DNA of 50,367 nucleotides from Candidatus Nealsonbacteria bacterium (GCA_003551425.1 PUMP01000049.1:1-50367), one strand, 5' to 3'; positions 27,923 to 36,475 are shown, counted from the first letter of the stretch. Notes: generated by a model not told the origin, from the sequence alone. A program made the numbers and translations.

Positions 27923-29167
27923 TTACCATGGACAAATTTCTTCTTTAGGAATTTTTTCCGTAGCATAACCGCGCTGTTCAAGAAAATAAGCCTCACTTCC
28001 GGCCTGTATTATCACTTCCTCCATTGCCTGGCATGCTTCCATTAAGTTACCCGTTATATCATAGGTGTCTATAAGGACATGTGCGGCATCAATGTAGGGG
28101 TTGTTATGTTTGTGATATTTTTTAGTTATTTCTCCAAGCACAATCTTTGCCGGACCAATGTCAGGGGGTGTTCTTTCTAAGTATATCATCATAAGTTGAA
28201 TTCCCGTATATGCTAAAATTCGAGACTGATCTCTTTCACTTATTGTCTCGTTTACGCCAAAATCAGGGTTTTGAAGGGCTTTGGTAGTTAGCATTAGTGC
28301 ATCAATCATTTTTTCTTCAGCAATGTTTTCGTGAGCGTCAAGCATTAAGTAATAAATGTTAAAGGGTTCTTCTTTCTCTTTTTTAAGAAGATCATATTCT
28401 CCATCCCTATAAGCATAAATTTCGGTTCGGCTTCTTTGCATTCCGGCTCCCACGGACACTATTCCTCCCCCGGTCAAGATAATTTCTTCTTTGCCGTCAT
28501 TGCTGTAATCTTTAAATTCAACCTCGGAGGAAGGCATATACATATTCGGAGTTAAATTATGCCACTCTTCTTTGTGATACTGAATAACGTTTACAAAGCT
28601 CTGGCACGTATGAGCGCCACATTGGGAAGTTACCAGCACTACGTTTGGCGTTCCGTCATTATTAATATCTCTTATAAAGTAACTGAAATAATCGTCATGT
28701 AACCCGAGATCTTTTTCAAAAGAAATTTCATAAGATCCGTTTTCTTTGGAATAAACAGCAAAAGCGGAAGGAGTTCCCTGAAGCGTTTGATGATCGCTGA
28801 AAAAAACTATGGCTAATTCTTCTGAGTTATTACCGGTAAGATCAGCTTTTTTTATTGATTGAATTACTTTCTTGGTTTCATCTTCCGAGATCTCGAAAAA
28901 CAAGTTGCCAAGTATTTCTTCGGCTTTTTCGGGATATTTGTTTAAGTACTCAAGAATAGTTTCTGACACGGTGTCTTTTTCGATGTTTATCACGGTCTTT
29001 TCAAGATCATGTTCTTTTTCTATCTTTTCTTTTCTTGCGGTATCGTCACTTTGAATTTTCTCAATGAGAAAATAAGATGACGGAATTATTATTATTGTCG
29101 CAACAATAATAATCAAAGCCCCTTGCAATGTTGGTATTCTTTTCTTCATCATGAATAATATTATCAC
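27923..29167 (-). CDS. Hypothetical membrane-anchored protein with FG-GAP/VCBS-like Ca-binding loops and a helical-repeat C-terminus
   Basis: N-terminal TM helix. 'DINNDGTPN' and 'DYSNDGKEE' match DxNxDGxx(D/E) loops. Alternative starts are at 29152 and 29149. Confidence 0.55.
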   Translation of the reverse strand: MIILFMMKKRIPTLQGALIIIVATIIIIPSSYFLIEKIQSDDTARKEKIEKEHDLEKTVINIEKDTVSETILEYLNKYPEKAEEILGNLFFEISEDETKKVIQSIKKADLTGNNSEELAIVFFSDHQTLQGTPSAFAVYSKENGSYEISFEKDLGLHDDYFSYFIRDINNDGTPNVVLVTSQCGAHTCQSFVNVIQYHKEEWHNLTPNMYMPSSEVEFKDYSNDGKEEIILTGGGIVSVGAGMQRSRTEIYAYRDGEYDLLKKEKEEPFNIYYLMLDAHENIAEEKMIDALMLTTKALQNPDFGVNETISERDQSRILAYTGIQLMMIYLERTPPDIGPAKIVLGEITKKYHKHNNPYIDAAHVLIDTYDITGNLMEACQAMEEVIIQAGSEAYFLEQRGYATEKIPKEEICPW

Positions 29168-29191
29168 AAAAAAGAGAGTTTTGCACTGCTG

Positions 29192-29629
29192 CTAGACGTC
29201 GATAATTAGAGTGACAGGTCCATCATTTATAATACTTACTTCCATCATTTCTCCGAAAGATCCTGTTTCTATGTGGATGTTTTTTTCTTTAAGTAGTGCA
29301 ACCGCTTTTTCGTAGTAAAGCTTAGCTTTTTGAGGGTCGGCTGAATTTATAAAGCTCGGCCTGTTACCCTTTTTACAATCTCCATATAAGGTAAATTGAG
29401 AGATTACAAGTATTGATCCTTTTATATCTTTTACAGAAAGATTCATTTTTTCTTTATCATCTTCAAAAACCCTTAGATTAACTGTTTTTTCTACTAATTT
29501 TTTTATTTTATCCGTATTATCTTTTTTGTGAATCGCTAAAAACACCAATAATCCATTTTCAATTTTTCCCACTTTTTTATTGCCCACCCTTACAGAGGAA
29601 CTCTTTACTCTTTGAATTACGGCACGCAT
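29192..29629 (-). CDS. dtd: D-aminoacyl-tRNA deacylase
   Basis: 'MRAVIQRV', 'LLVFLAI', 'SQFTLYGDCKKGNRPSF'. Confidence 0.9.
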   Translation of the reverse strand: MRAVIQRVKSSSVRVGNKKVGKIENGLLVFLAIHKKDNTDKIKKLVEKTVNLRVFEDDKEKMNLSVKDIKGSILVISQFTLYGDCKKGNRPSFINSADPQKAKLYYEKAVALLKEKNIHIETGSFGEMMEVSIINDGPVTLIIDV

Positions 29630-29632
29630 TTT

Positions 29633-30241
29633 TTATTCGTTCTTTTTTATCACGGAAACCTCTTTAATTATTACATCTTCGAGAGGCTTGTCATTTACAT
29701 CTTTCTCTACCAGAGATATTTCTTTGACTGTGTTTTGGCCAGAAACAACTTTACCAAAAATAGTATATTCCGGAGGAAGTGGATAATCCTCAACCATTAT
29801 AAAGAATTGGCTTCCTTGCGTGTTTGGTCCTGCATTTGCCATTGCCACGATTCCTCCTCGATAACCCTCCTTATATATCTCTAATGTCGGATCTATTTCA
29901 TCATTAAAAGTATAGCCCGGGCCCCCGGTACCTGTTCCAGTCGGATCCCCTCCTTGTATCATAAATCCCTCTATCACTCTGTGAAAAATAACTTCGTCAT
30001 AAAAGTTTTTGTTTGCAAGATCAACAAAATTATTAACGGTATTTGGCGCATATTCTGAATAAGTTTTGAACTGTATGTCTCCTTTGTTTGTTTTAATTGT
30101 AATTAAATAGTCCATATGCTGATTTATTGTGTTATTATCTTTATCACAAAAAAAGAAAGAAAAGCCAATAATAAGTACGAGCAAAATGAGAACACTAAAA
30201 ATTACTATTTTAACCCCCTGCATTATTGTTATATTAGGCAT
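29633..30241 (-). CDS. Peptidyl-prolyl cis-trans isomerase, cyclophilin type, with an N-terminal membrane anchor
   Basis: 'FHRVIEGFMIQGGDPTGTGTGGPGY' and 'GIVAMANAGPNTQGSQFFI'. Confidence 0.9.
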   Translation of the reverse strand: MPNITIMQGVKIVIFSVLILLVLIIGFSFFFCDKDNNTINQHMDYLITIKTNKGDIQFKTYSEYAPNTVNNFVDLANKNFYDEVIFHRVIEGFMIQGGDPTGTGTGGPGYTFNDEIDPTLEIYKEGYRGGIVAMANAGPNTQGSQFFIMVEDYPLPPEYTIFGKVVSGQNTVKEISLVEKDVNDKPLEDVIIKEVSVIKKNE

Positions 30242-30284
30242 AAATAAAGAATACTATAATTTATCTTTTAAATCAAAAATATTT

Positions 30285-30313
30285 AAAAAAAGTCGGCTAA
30301 AATGTAAGCCGAC
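30285..30313 (-). terminator. Rho-independent terminator
   Basis: The minus strand reads GTCGGCTtacattttAGCCGACTTTTTTT, starting 3 nt after the stop of the Cys-rich ORF. Confidence 0.7.
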
Positions 30314-30315
30314 AG

Positions 30316-30549
30316 TCAAGGAAAGAACGATAAAAGCTTTACGCATTTGCAGTAATAACTATGACACTTAGGGCAAATAAAGGGCTCGATTACTTCCGTG
30401 CAATGAATGCATCCATTGCTGTAGGGATCTCCATTGCACTTACAATCTTTCTTTCTAATTTCGGTGATAACGGTGACTCTCTCCTCCATAATTTCCCCAT
30501 TTACTTGCAGCTCTTTTAAAGAAACCACTCTTCTCTCCCTGTAGCTCAT
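30316..30549 (-). CDS. Hypothetical 77-aa protein with 8 Cys in the C-terminal half
   Basis: A strong SD (AAGGAGGG) lies 6 nt upstream of the ATG and a terminator follows directly. Cys pattern: CxC-x8-CxxC-x8-CxxC-x4-CxC. Confidence 0.55.
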   Translation of the reverse strand: MSYRERRVVSLKELQVNGEIMEERVTVITEIRKKDCKCNGDPYSNGCIHCTEVIEPFICPKCHSYYCKCVKLLSFFP

Positions 30550-30622
30550 TATTAACCCTCCTTTTTTATTGTTTCACTTATAATCTATAATTTTTATTTG
30601 TCAATGTTCTTAAAAATAACCT

Positions 30623-31399
30623 CTACTCAAGGTCTGGCTGATATTTTTTTGTTAGTACTTTATCTTTAGTCCCCACAGAAACCATCACGCTTTCACCAAT
30701 TAAATTCTTTTTATCGTCATAGTGGAAAAATACTGATTTTTGAACTTTTTCATTATTTTTATTCTTATAATTCTTTGTCTTCATTATCAAATTTCCTTCA
30801 TTGTCAAAGTCTTCAGAATAGAAAATATTAATTTCCTTCTTCTTTCCGGCAAGCCTACCCTCTTTATATTTTTGAATAATCTTTTGTTCTCGACAAACCA
30901 AATTTTCCTCCGGATAATATTTATACTTATTTATCTCCTCTCCTCGATATAATGGCGTATTAATTTTTCCAATTCTTTCTGCGAGGTTACCGTTATTATT
31001 AAATTTATTTTCAAAAACTTTTTGCCCGCGATTATTGGTTGGTTTTCCATCTACTCTTTCTTCCCACTCTTCCCCCATTAGATTGCCATCCTTGTCATAG
31101 TGTCTTTCAATAACACGAAAAGCATCACCTTCACGATACTTTATAATCTTATGAAAAAGATTTCCTTTTTCTCCATAAGTATTTCTAACGAGATAATCGG
31201 GCTCATCTTTTTCTTCTATTTCCCCTGTTTTACTGTTAGCTCTTACAAAAGACTCTTCGGTTACTTGTCCTTCTTGATTATACTTAAAGCTGCGAGAACC
31301 AACAGTCTTTCCGTTTATCTCTTCTATTCTTCTTTCCGTTTCCCCGGCCTTTTTTTCGTTTAAAAAGGAATCTTCTGGTTCCATTCTTCTTTCATTCAT
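30623..31399 (-). CDS. Hypothetical 258-aa protein built of YD/RHS-like repeats
   Basis: Recurring (Y/F)-(D/N)-x-x-G-N-L units: 'YGEKGNL', 'YDKDGNL', 'FNNNGNL', 'FDNEGNL', 'YDDKKNL'. No signal peptide or TM helix is visible. Confidence 0.55.
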   Translation of the reverse strand: MNERRMEPEDSFLNEKKAGETERRIEEINGKTVGSRSFKYNQEGQVTEESFVRANSKTGEIEEKDEPDYLVRNTYGEKGNLFHKIIKYREGDAFRVIERHYDKDGNLMGEEWEERVDGKPTNNRGQKVFENKFNNNGNLAERIGKINTPLYRGEEINKYKYYPEENLVCREQKIIQKYKEGRLAGKKKEINIFYSEDFDNEGNLIMKTKNYKNKNNEKVQKSVFFHYDDKKNLIGESVMVSVGTKDKVLTKKYQPDLE

Positions 31400-31431
31400 A
31401 TTATTAAGTTTATTTAAACTAATGCCTTTAT

Positions 31432-31458
31432 ATTATAACACAATATTTCAAAAGTCAA
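31432..31458 (-). promoter_or_regulatory. Candidate promoter (TTGACT-15-TATAAT with extended TG) for the YD-repeat-like gene
   Basis: The minus strand reads TTGACTtttgaaatattgTGTTATAAT, about 32 nt upstream of the ATG at 31399. Confidence 0.45.
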
Positions 31459-31484
31459 AAGAGAGGGCCCTTGTTTAAGGGCCT
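31450..31484 (-). terminator. Rho-independent terminator after the 58-aa ORF
   Basis: The minus strand reads GGCCCTTaaacAAGGGCC followed by a CTCTCTTTTGACTTTTG U-rich tail. Confidence 0.55.
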
Positions 31485-31496
31485 TAAAGAGCATTT

Positions 31497-31673
31497 TTAT
31501 TTTCCACCTTTTTCCTTCAGTTTTTTAATCTCTGTTTTGTTCGAACCTATATCTCTTAGAGTGATATCGTTTTTAAAAAGTTCGTGATACAACTCTTTGA
31601 ACATATTATGATCAGCAGGATCTTCCCTTACAAGGCGGAGGCATCTCATTGCGCTTTCTTTTCTTTTTTCCAT
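31497..31673 (-). CDS. Hypothetical 58-aa protein (not in the supplied ORF track)
   Basis: Hand translation gives MEKRKESAMRCLRLVREDPADHNMFKELYHELFKNDITLRDIGSNKTEIKKLKEKGGK*. An SD (AAGGAGGG) lies 7 nt upstream of the ATG, and terminators flank both sides. Confidence 0.5.
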   Translation of the reverse strand: MEKRKESAMRCLRLVREDPADHNMFKELYHELFKNDITLRDIGSNKTEIKKLKEKGGK

Positions 31674-31719
31674 TTTTTCTCCCTCCTTTGATTATGGCAT
31701 CATAGCATATTTATAAATT

Positions 31720-31743
31720 AAAAAAAACTCCACAATCGTGGAG
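31720..31743 (-). terminator. Rho-independent terminator after the 106-aa ORF
   Basis: The minus strand reads CTCCACgattGTGGAGTTTTTTTT. Confidence 0.7.
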
Positions 31744-31750
31744 CTTAAGG

Positions 31751-32071
31751 TCAAAAAAAAGGAGTAAGTATTGGAGCGTTTTTTATACGCTTGCAGTTAG
31801 CACAAGCACGAAATGAAGCGACAAAATGATAACCGTTAATGGACACTTCTTCCTCTATTTCTTCTATTTCCTCACTATTGCAATTTGAGCATAGATAGCT
31901 CTCTTCTTGGTCAAGATTTTCTTTGAGAAGAGTGACTGATTGCATGTTGGCTGACATTAACTTAAAACCGTTTTTGTTTTCGTGCAAAAATTCCTTTATC
32001 ACAACAGCATTACCGTTCCCTTTGTCACAAATGAAAGCGTTTATAATCTTCCTTTCGAGAAGGTAAAACAA
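31751..32071 (-). CDS. Hypothetical 106-aa protein with a 4-Cys (CxxC...CxxC) zinc-ribbon-like C-terminus
   Basis: TTG start with a G-rich SD (AAGGGGG) about 10 nt upstream. Contains 'CSNC' and 'CANC' pairs. A terminator lies downstream. Confidence 0.45.
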   Translation of the reverse strand: MFYLLERKIINAFICDKGNGNAVVIKEFLHENKNGFKLMSANMQSVTLLKENLDQEESYLCSNCNSEEIEEIEEEVSINGYHFVASFRACANCKRIKNAPILTPFF

Positions 32072-32120
32072 CTCTCATCAACCCCCTTTTTTCTTAAAAT
32101 GTACAAACTTTATTTCTCGG

Positions 32121-32194
32121 TGCCCCCGGTAGGATTCGAACCTACGACACTCGGCTTAAAAGGCCGCTGCTCTGCCAGGCTGAGCTACAGGGGC
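32121..32194 (-). tRNA. tRNA-Lys (anticodon UUU)
   Basis: Hand-folded cloverleaf: GCCCCTG TA GCTC AGCCTGGCA GAGC A GCGGC CTTTTAA GCCGA GTGTC GTAGG TTCGAAT CCTAC CGGGGGC A. The 7-bp acceptor stem has one G.U pair. The T-loop is TTCGAAT and the anticodon loop is C-U-UUU-A-A. CCA is not fully encoded. Confidence 0.9.
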
Positions 32195-32237
32195 AAAACA
32201 CTACTACATTTTACTTAATTTATTTTTTTTGTAAAGA

Positions 32238-33278
32238 TTACATCCCTTCTTTTCGCAGTTCTTCTAAGAGCTCTTTTTGTTTCTTGTTAAGTTTTTTAGG
32301 AACAATAACATCAATAGTGACATAAAGATCTCCTTGACCGTATCCAGAAAGACGAGGCAATCCTTTCCCGGATATGCGAAAAACTTTTCCGGGAACAGTT
32401 CCGGAAGGAATCTTAAGAGAGACTTTTTTTCCGGAAAGTAAGGGGATTTCTATTTTATCCCCGAGAGCCGCTTTGGTATAACTTATTGATGCTAAATAAT
32501 AAAGATCTTCTCCTCTTCGCTTAAAGGATGTATTGTTTTTTACCAGTATCTCTACGAGCAAATCTCCGGGCGGACTCCCCTTCCTGCCGGCATTTCCTTT
32601 TTGAGGAACTCTAAGAGTTTGCCCGGAATCAATTCCGGCAGGAATATTGAATTTGATTTCTTCGTTTTTTTGCACCCTCCCTTCACCGTCACAAGTGGAA
32701 CATTTTTTTTCCGGTATTTCTCCTTCGCCCGCACAATCAGAGCAAGTGACTATTTGAGCAAAAGCTCCCCAGAACCCTCCTGCCTCTTTTTTTACTTTCC
32801 CCTTTCCACCACACGTAGAGCAGGTTTTTTTCTTTGTTCCGGAAGGGCTTCCTTCTCCGTCACAAGAACTGCAGGCAACCATTTTTTTTAATGTTACTAC
32901 TCTCTCTTCGTTTTCCAATACCTTCTCTAGGGTTGTAGTAATATTAACCTTAATGTCTTCTCCCCTTCTCTTTTTTCTGCCAGAACCTCTTCCAAAACCA
33001 AAGAAATCTTCAAAAATATCCCCAAAATCAAAGTCTTCCGCGGAAAAACCGCCGGCACCGGCGCCACCCATTCCCGGGCCGCTTTTACCAAAATTATCGT
33101 ATTGCCTTCTTTTCTCATCATTCGAGAGAGTATGATAAGCCTCACTTATCTTTTTGAAAGTGCCCTCATCTCCGCCTTTATCAGGATGATGTTTGTGGGC
33201 AAGCTTTCGATAAGCTTTTTTTATCTCGTCTTTAGTTGCATCTCGAGAGACACCAAGAATTTTGTAATAATCCTCCAT
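32238..33278 (-). CDS. dnaJ: Chaperone DnaJ
   Basis: J-domain 'YRKLAHKHHPDKGGDE', a G/F-rich linker, and four CxxCxGxG repeats (CSSCDGEG, CSTCGGKG, CSDCAGEG, CSTCDGEG). Confidence 0.95.
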   Translation of the reverse strand: MEDYYKILGVSRDATKDEIKKAYRKLAHKHHPDKGGDEGTFKKISEAYHTLSNDEKRRQYDNFGKSGPGMGGAGAGGFSAEDFDFGDIFEDFFGFGRGSGRKKRRGEDIKVNITTTLEKVLENEERVVTLKKMVACSSCDGEGSPSGTKKKTCSTCGGKGKVKKEAGGFWGAFAQIVTCSDCAGEGEIPEKKCSTCDGEGRVQKNEEIKFNIPAGIDSGQTLRVPQKGNAGRKGSPPGDLLVEILVKNNTSFKRRGEDLYYLASISYTKAALGDKIEIPLLSGKKVSLKIPSGTVPGKVFRISGKGLPRLSGYGQGDLYVTIDVIVPKKLNKKQKELLEELRKEGM

Positions 33279-33292
33279 AAACTATATTCCCG

Positions 33293-35185
33293 TCAATTAT
33301 TTTCTTGGTTATCGTTTCTTTCTTCGTACTCCCCTTCTTGGGGCTCTTTATCTTCTTTTTGTTCTTCTTGGCTTGTTTGGCTTTGCTCATAAAGATTTTT
33401 CCCAATTTCTTGTGTTTTTTGGCTCAACGCTTCCATTTTTTCCTTTATCTTTTCCGCGTCATCTCCTTCTTTAATGTCCCGAAGCTCTTTTGCCATGCTC
33501 TCTAAACTCTCTTTTTCATCGGCAGAAATCTTATCTGCATTATCTTTTAGCATCTTGTCTGTAGCGTAAAGAACTTGATCGGTTTGATTACGAAGATCAA
33601 TCAATTCTTCTTTTTTCTTATCCTCTTCGGAATGTTTTTCCGCTTCACTTTTCATTCTCTTGACTTCTTCGTCGGAAATTCCGCAAGAACCCTCAATACG
33701 AATAGATTGGGACTTTCCGGTACTCTTATCCTTTGCAGAAACATTCAAGATGCCGTTTGCGTCAATATCAAAAGCTACTTCAATCTGTGGAACTCCTCGC
33801 GGAGCAGGATTAATTCCGTCTAAAATGAATTGACCGAGAGACTTGTTGTCATTTGCCATTGGACGTTCTCCTTGCAAGACATGAATCTGGACAGATGTTT
33901 GATTGTCCGTAGCGGTCGAAAAGACTTCTGTTTTTTGAGTCGGGATAGTGGTATTTTTTTCAATAAGAGTAGTGTTTTTACCTCCCAAAGTTTCTATTCC
34001 CAAAGAGAGAGGAATGACATCTAAAAGAAGAACGTCTTTTACGTCTCCTCCCATTATTCCTCCTTGAATTGCTGCTCCGATTGCTACCACTTCATCGGGG
34101 TTAATTTCCTTGCTTGGATCTTTTCCGAAAATCTCCTTAACTTTTTCTTGGATTTTGGGCATTCTGGTTTGTCCGCCAACAAGAACCACTTCTTCAATAT
34201 CTTCTATTTTAATGCCTGAACTTTCTACCGTCTCTTTGGTCAATTTAATCGCTTTTTCAACGAGATCTTCTACCAGGGATTCAAATTTTGATCTGCTTAA
34301 ATTGTAGTTAAGATGCCTTGGACCCGTCTCATCGGAAGTAATGAAAGGGATGTTTATGTCTGTTTGCATTGTCGCAGAAAGCTCTTTCTTTGCTTTTTCC
34401 GCCTCTTCTTTGAGTCTTTGAAGAGCAAGAGGATCCTTGGAAAGATCAATTCCATTATCATTCTTAAATTCTTCAATAAGCCATTTAACGATTCTGTTGT
34501 CAAAATCCTCTCCTCCGAGATGACTGTCTCCGTTAGTTCCCTTAACTTCAATCGTGTCTTCTCCGACATCAAGAATAGAAATATCAAAAGTTCCTCCTCC
34601 AAAATCAAAAACTACAATCTGATGATCCTTTTTCTTATTTAGTCCATAAGCAAGCGCAGCGGCAGTAGGTTCGTTTATCACACGACGAACATTAAACCCG
34701 GCAATTTCTCCGGCAACTTTTGTTTCTTTTCTTTGCGCATCATCAAAATAAGCGGGACAAGTGATTATTGCCTCCTTAATCTCTTCTCCGACTTTTGCTT
34801 CTGCGTCTTTCTTTAATTTTTGTAATATCATTGCCGATATTTCTGCCGGCTTGTGCCATTTTTCTCCAAGCTTAATTTCTACTCCCTCGCCTCCTTCCTC
34901 TTTTCTTAATTCATAAGGAAGACCGTCCTTTTCATTTTGTACTTCCGGATCAGAAAATCTTCTTCCTATAAGGCGCTTTGTTGCAAAAATAGTGTTCTCA
35001 GGGTTGGTTACCTGTTGTCTTCTGGCAATTGTCCCCACTAAACGCTCTCCTTTCTTGCTGAGAGCTACCACGGAAGGAGTTGTTCTTGCTCCCTCTTTAT
35101 TCTCAATGATCTTTGACTCTCCCCCTTCCACAACGGCCATTGCAGAAAAAGTTGTTCCCAGATCAATTCCTAATATTTTACTCAT
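33293..35185 (-). CDS. dnaK: Chaperone DnaK (Hsp70)
   Basis: '[15 protein letters not shown]', '[14 protein letters not shown]' and '[14 protein letters not shown]' are Hsp70 signatures. Confidence 0.97.
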   Translation of the reverse strand: MSKILGIDLGTTFSAMAVVEGGESKIIENKEGARTTPSVVALSKKGERLVGTIARRQQVTNPENTIFATKRLIGRRFSDPEVQNEKDGLPYELRKEEGGEGVEIKLGEKWHKPAEISAMILQKLKKDAEAKVGEEIKEAIITCPAYFDDAQRKETKVAGEIAGFNVRRVINEPTAAALAYGLNKKKDHQIVVFDFGGGTFDISILDVGEDTIEVKGTNGDSHLGGEDFDNRIVKWLIEEFKNDNGIDLSKDPLALQRLKEEAEKAKKELSATMQTDINIPFITSDETGPRHLNYNLSRSKFESLVEDLVEKAIKLTKETVESSGIKIEDIEEVVLVGGQTRMPKIQEKVKEIFGKDPSKEINPDEVVAIGAAIQGGIMGGDVKDVLLLDVIPLSLGIETLGGKNTTLIEKNTTIPTQKTEVFSTATDNQTSVQIHVLQGERPMANDNKSLGQFILDGINPAPRGVPQIEVAFDIDANGILNVSAKDKSTGKSQSIRIEGSCGISDEEVKRMKSEAEKHSEEDKKKEELIDLRNQTDQVLYATDKMLKDNADKISADEKESLESMAKELRDIKEGDDAEKIKEKMEALSQKTQEIGKNLYEQSQTSQEEQKEDKEPQEGEYEERNDNQENN

Positions 35186-35233
35186 GATAAATGAAGCTTC
35201 AGACTTCGTTTTTCTTCACCTGAAGCTTTGTTA

Positions 35234-35704
35234 TTACTTTATAACTTTTACTTTTGCTGGACGAATAATTATATTGTTAATCTTATATCCCCTTTCAATC
35301 TCTTCAATTATTTGACCGCTTTCTCCTTTTTCCGTTTCTACCATCTCTATCGCTTCGTGAAAATTGGGATCAAATTCCTCTCCTACAGAGGAAATTTCCT
35401 CTAACCCTTCTTTTTTTAAGAACTCTTCTAACTGTTCTTTTATTTTTAAAAATCCCTCTATAACGTTGTCTTTTTCTCCGCTTTTTTTCGCTTCTTTTTC
35501 AGCTCTTTTAAAATTATCCAAAACGGGAAGAAGTTTTAAAAAGAAATTCTGCTTTTCTATCTCTAAAAAGTCTTTCATTCTTTGTCCTTCTTTCTTTTTC
35601 TGATTTTCAAATTCTGCTCTAGCTCTTTTCCATCCTTCAAGATATTCTTCTCTTTCCTTCTTGCACCTTTTATAGGCTTTAATTAGCTTATCTCTTTCTT
35701 TCAT
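35234..35704 (-). CDS. grpE: Nucleotide exchange factor GrpE
   Basis: Coiled N-terminus, 'FDPNFHEAI', 'GYKINNIIIRPAKVKV', and its position between hrcA and dnaK. Confidence 0.9.
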   Translation of the reverse strand: MKERDKLIKAYKRCKKEREEYLEGWKRARAEFENQKKKEGQRMKDFLEIEKQNFFLKLLPVLDNFKRAEKEAKKSGEKDNVIEGFLKIKEQLEEFLKKEGLEEISSVGEEFDPNFHEAIEMVETEKGESGQIIEEIERGYKINNIIIRPAKVKVIK

Positions 35705-35706
35705 AT

Positions 35707-36426
35707 TTATTCCTCTAATATTTTTATAATCGACTCCACTAGATAAATATTTTTATCATAGGGCATTCTTTTCGGCCCCATAATAGCTAAAATTCCTTTT
35801 TTCTTTGACATTTTACAAGGAGAAAGTAAGACGCTAAAATCATGTTTCTCAGATAGAGGACACTCTTTTCCTATATAAACACGGGTGGAATCCATTTTTT
35901 CAGCCAATAAAAAGGCGTCAATATGGTCTTCAAAGTCACTTATCATCCCCATAAAATCATGTATCTTCTCTATATCCGTAAATTCAGGATCTCGAAACGC
36001 TTCAGCCCACCCTTCTTTTAAAAGAATATTTTCTTTGGGAAAATAAGAGATGGTAAGTGCCGAAGAGGTATGAGCTAAGAAACGAGTAAACTCTCTGATA
36101 AAATGAATACTTTCTCCAATCTCTCTTTGCATCTGGCGAATTTTTCTCTCCAGTTGTTTTTCCAGATGTTTTGCTTCTGAATAAGATAAAAGATCAACAA
36201 AAAAACGATATCCTTTGTCTGTCGGCATTCTTCCGGCAGAAGTGTGAGGCTGAAAAAGATAACCTTTTTCTATCAGTTCATGCATCTCTCCCCTTATTGT
36301 TGCCGGAGAAATGCCAAGGTCGTATTCTTTTTCAATAAACTTAGAGCTTATTGGAGAGGCTGATTGGATGTATTCTCTAATAATAAGCTCTAAGACGACT
36401 CTTTGCCGATCAGTTAAATCGTTCAT
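35707..36426 (-). CDS. hrcA: Heat-inducible transcription repressor HrcA (short form, 239 aa)
   Basis: 'LTDRQRVVLELIIREYIQSASPISSKFIEKEYDLGISPATIRGEMHELIEKGYLFQPHTSAGRMPTDKGYRFFVD' and C-terminal 'ILAIMGPKRMPYDKNI'. A CIRCE element lies upstream. Confidence 0.85.
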   Translation of the reverse strand: MNDLTDRQRVVLELIIREYIQSASPISSKFIEKEYDLGISPATIRGEMHELIEKGYLFQPHTSAGRMPTDKGYRFFVDLLSYSEAKHLEKQLERKIRQMQREIGESIHFIREFTRFLAHTSSALTISYFPKENILLKEGWAEAFRDPEFTDIEKIHDFMGMISDFEDHIDAFLLAEKMDSTRVYIGKECPLSEKHDFSVLLSPCKMSKKKGILAIMGPKRMPYDKNIYLVESIIKILEE

Positions 36427-36446
36427 AAATTTAAATTACTTGTACC

Positions 36447-36475
36447 ATAATAGAAAATTAGCAAACCTTTGTCAA
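36447..36475 (-). promoter_or_regulatory. Candidate sigma70 promoter of the hrcA operon (TTGACA-17-TATTAT)
   Basis: The minus strand reads TTGACAaaggtttgctaattttcTATTAT. The -35 lies inside the CIRCE spacer and right arm. The ATG is 20 nt downstream of the -10 with no SD. Confidence 0.55.

Noticed and set aside
30316-30549. The 8-Cys ORF as part of a RiPP biosynthetic cluster.
   Set aside because: No candidate maturation enzyme, leader peptidase or exporter lies within several kb. I retain it only as a hypothesis in the finding.
31535-31550. A 'gttcgaacc' T-loop-like string that suggested a second tRNA.
   Set aside because: No acceptor, D or anticodon arms can be folded around it. It lies inside the 58-aa ORF.
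30250-32194. Calling the tRNA-Lys-adjacent islet an integrated prophage or genomic island.
   Set aside because: No integrase, transposase or direct repeat of the tRNA 3' end is visible in or around it. I report it only as an ORFan islet.
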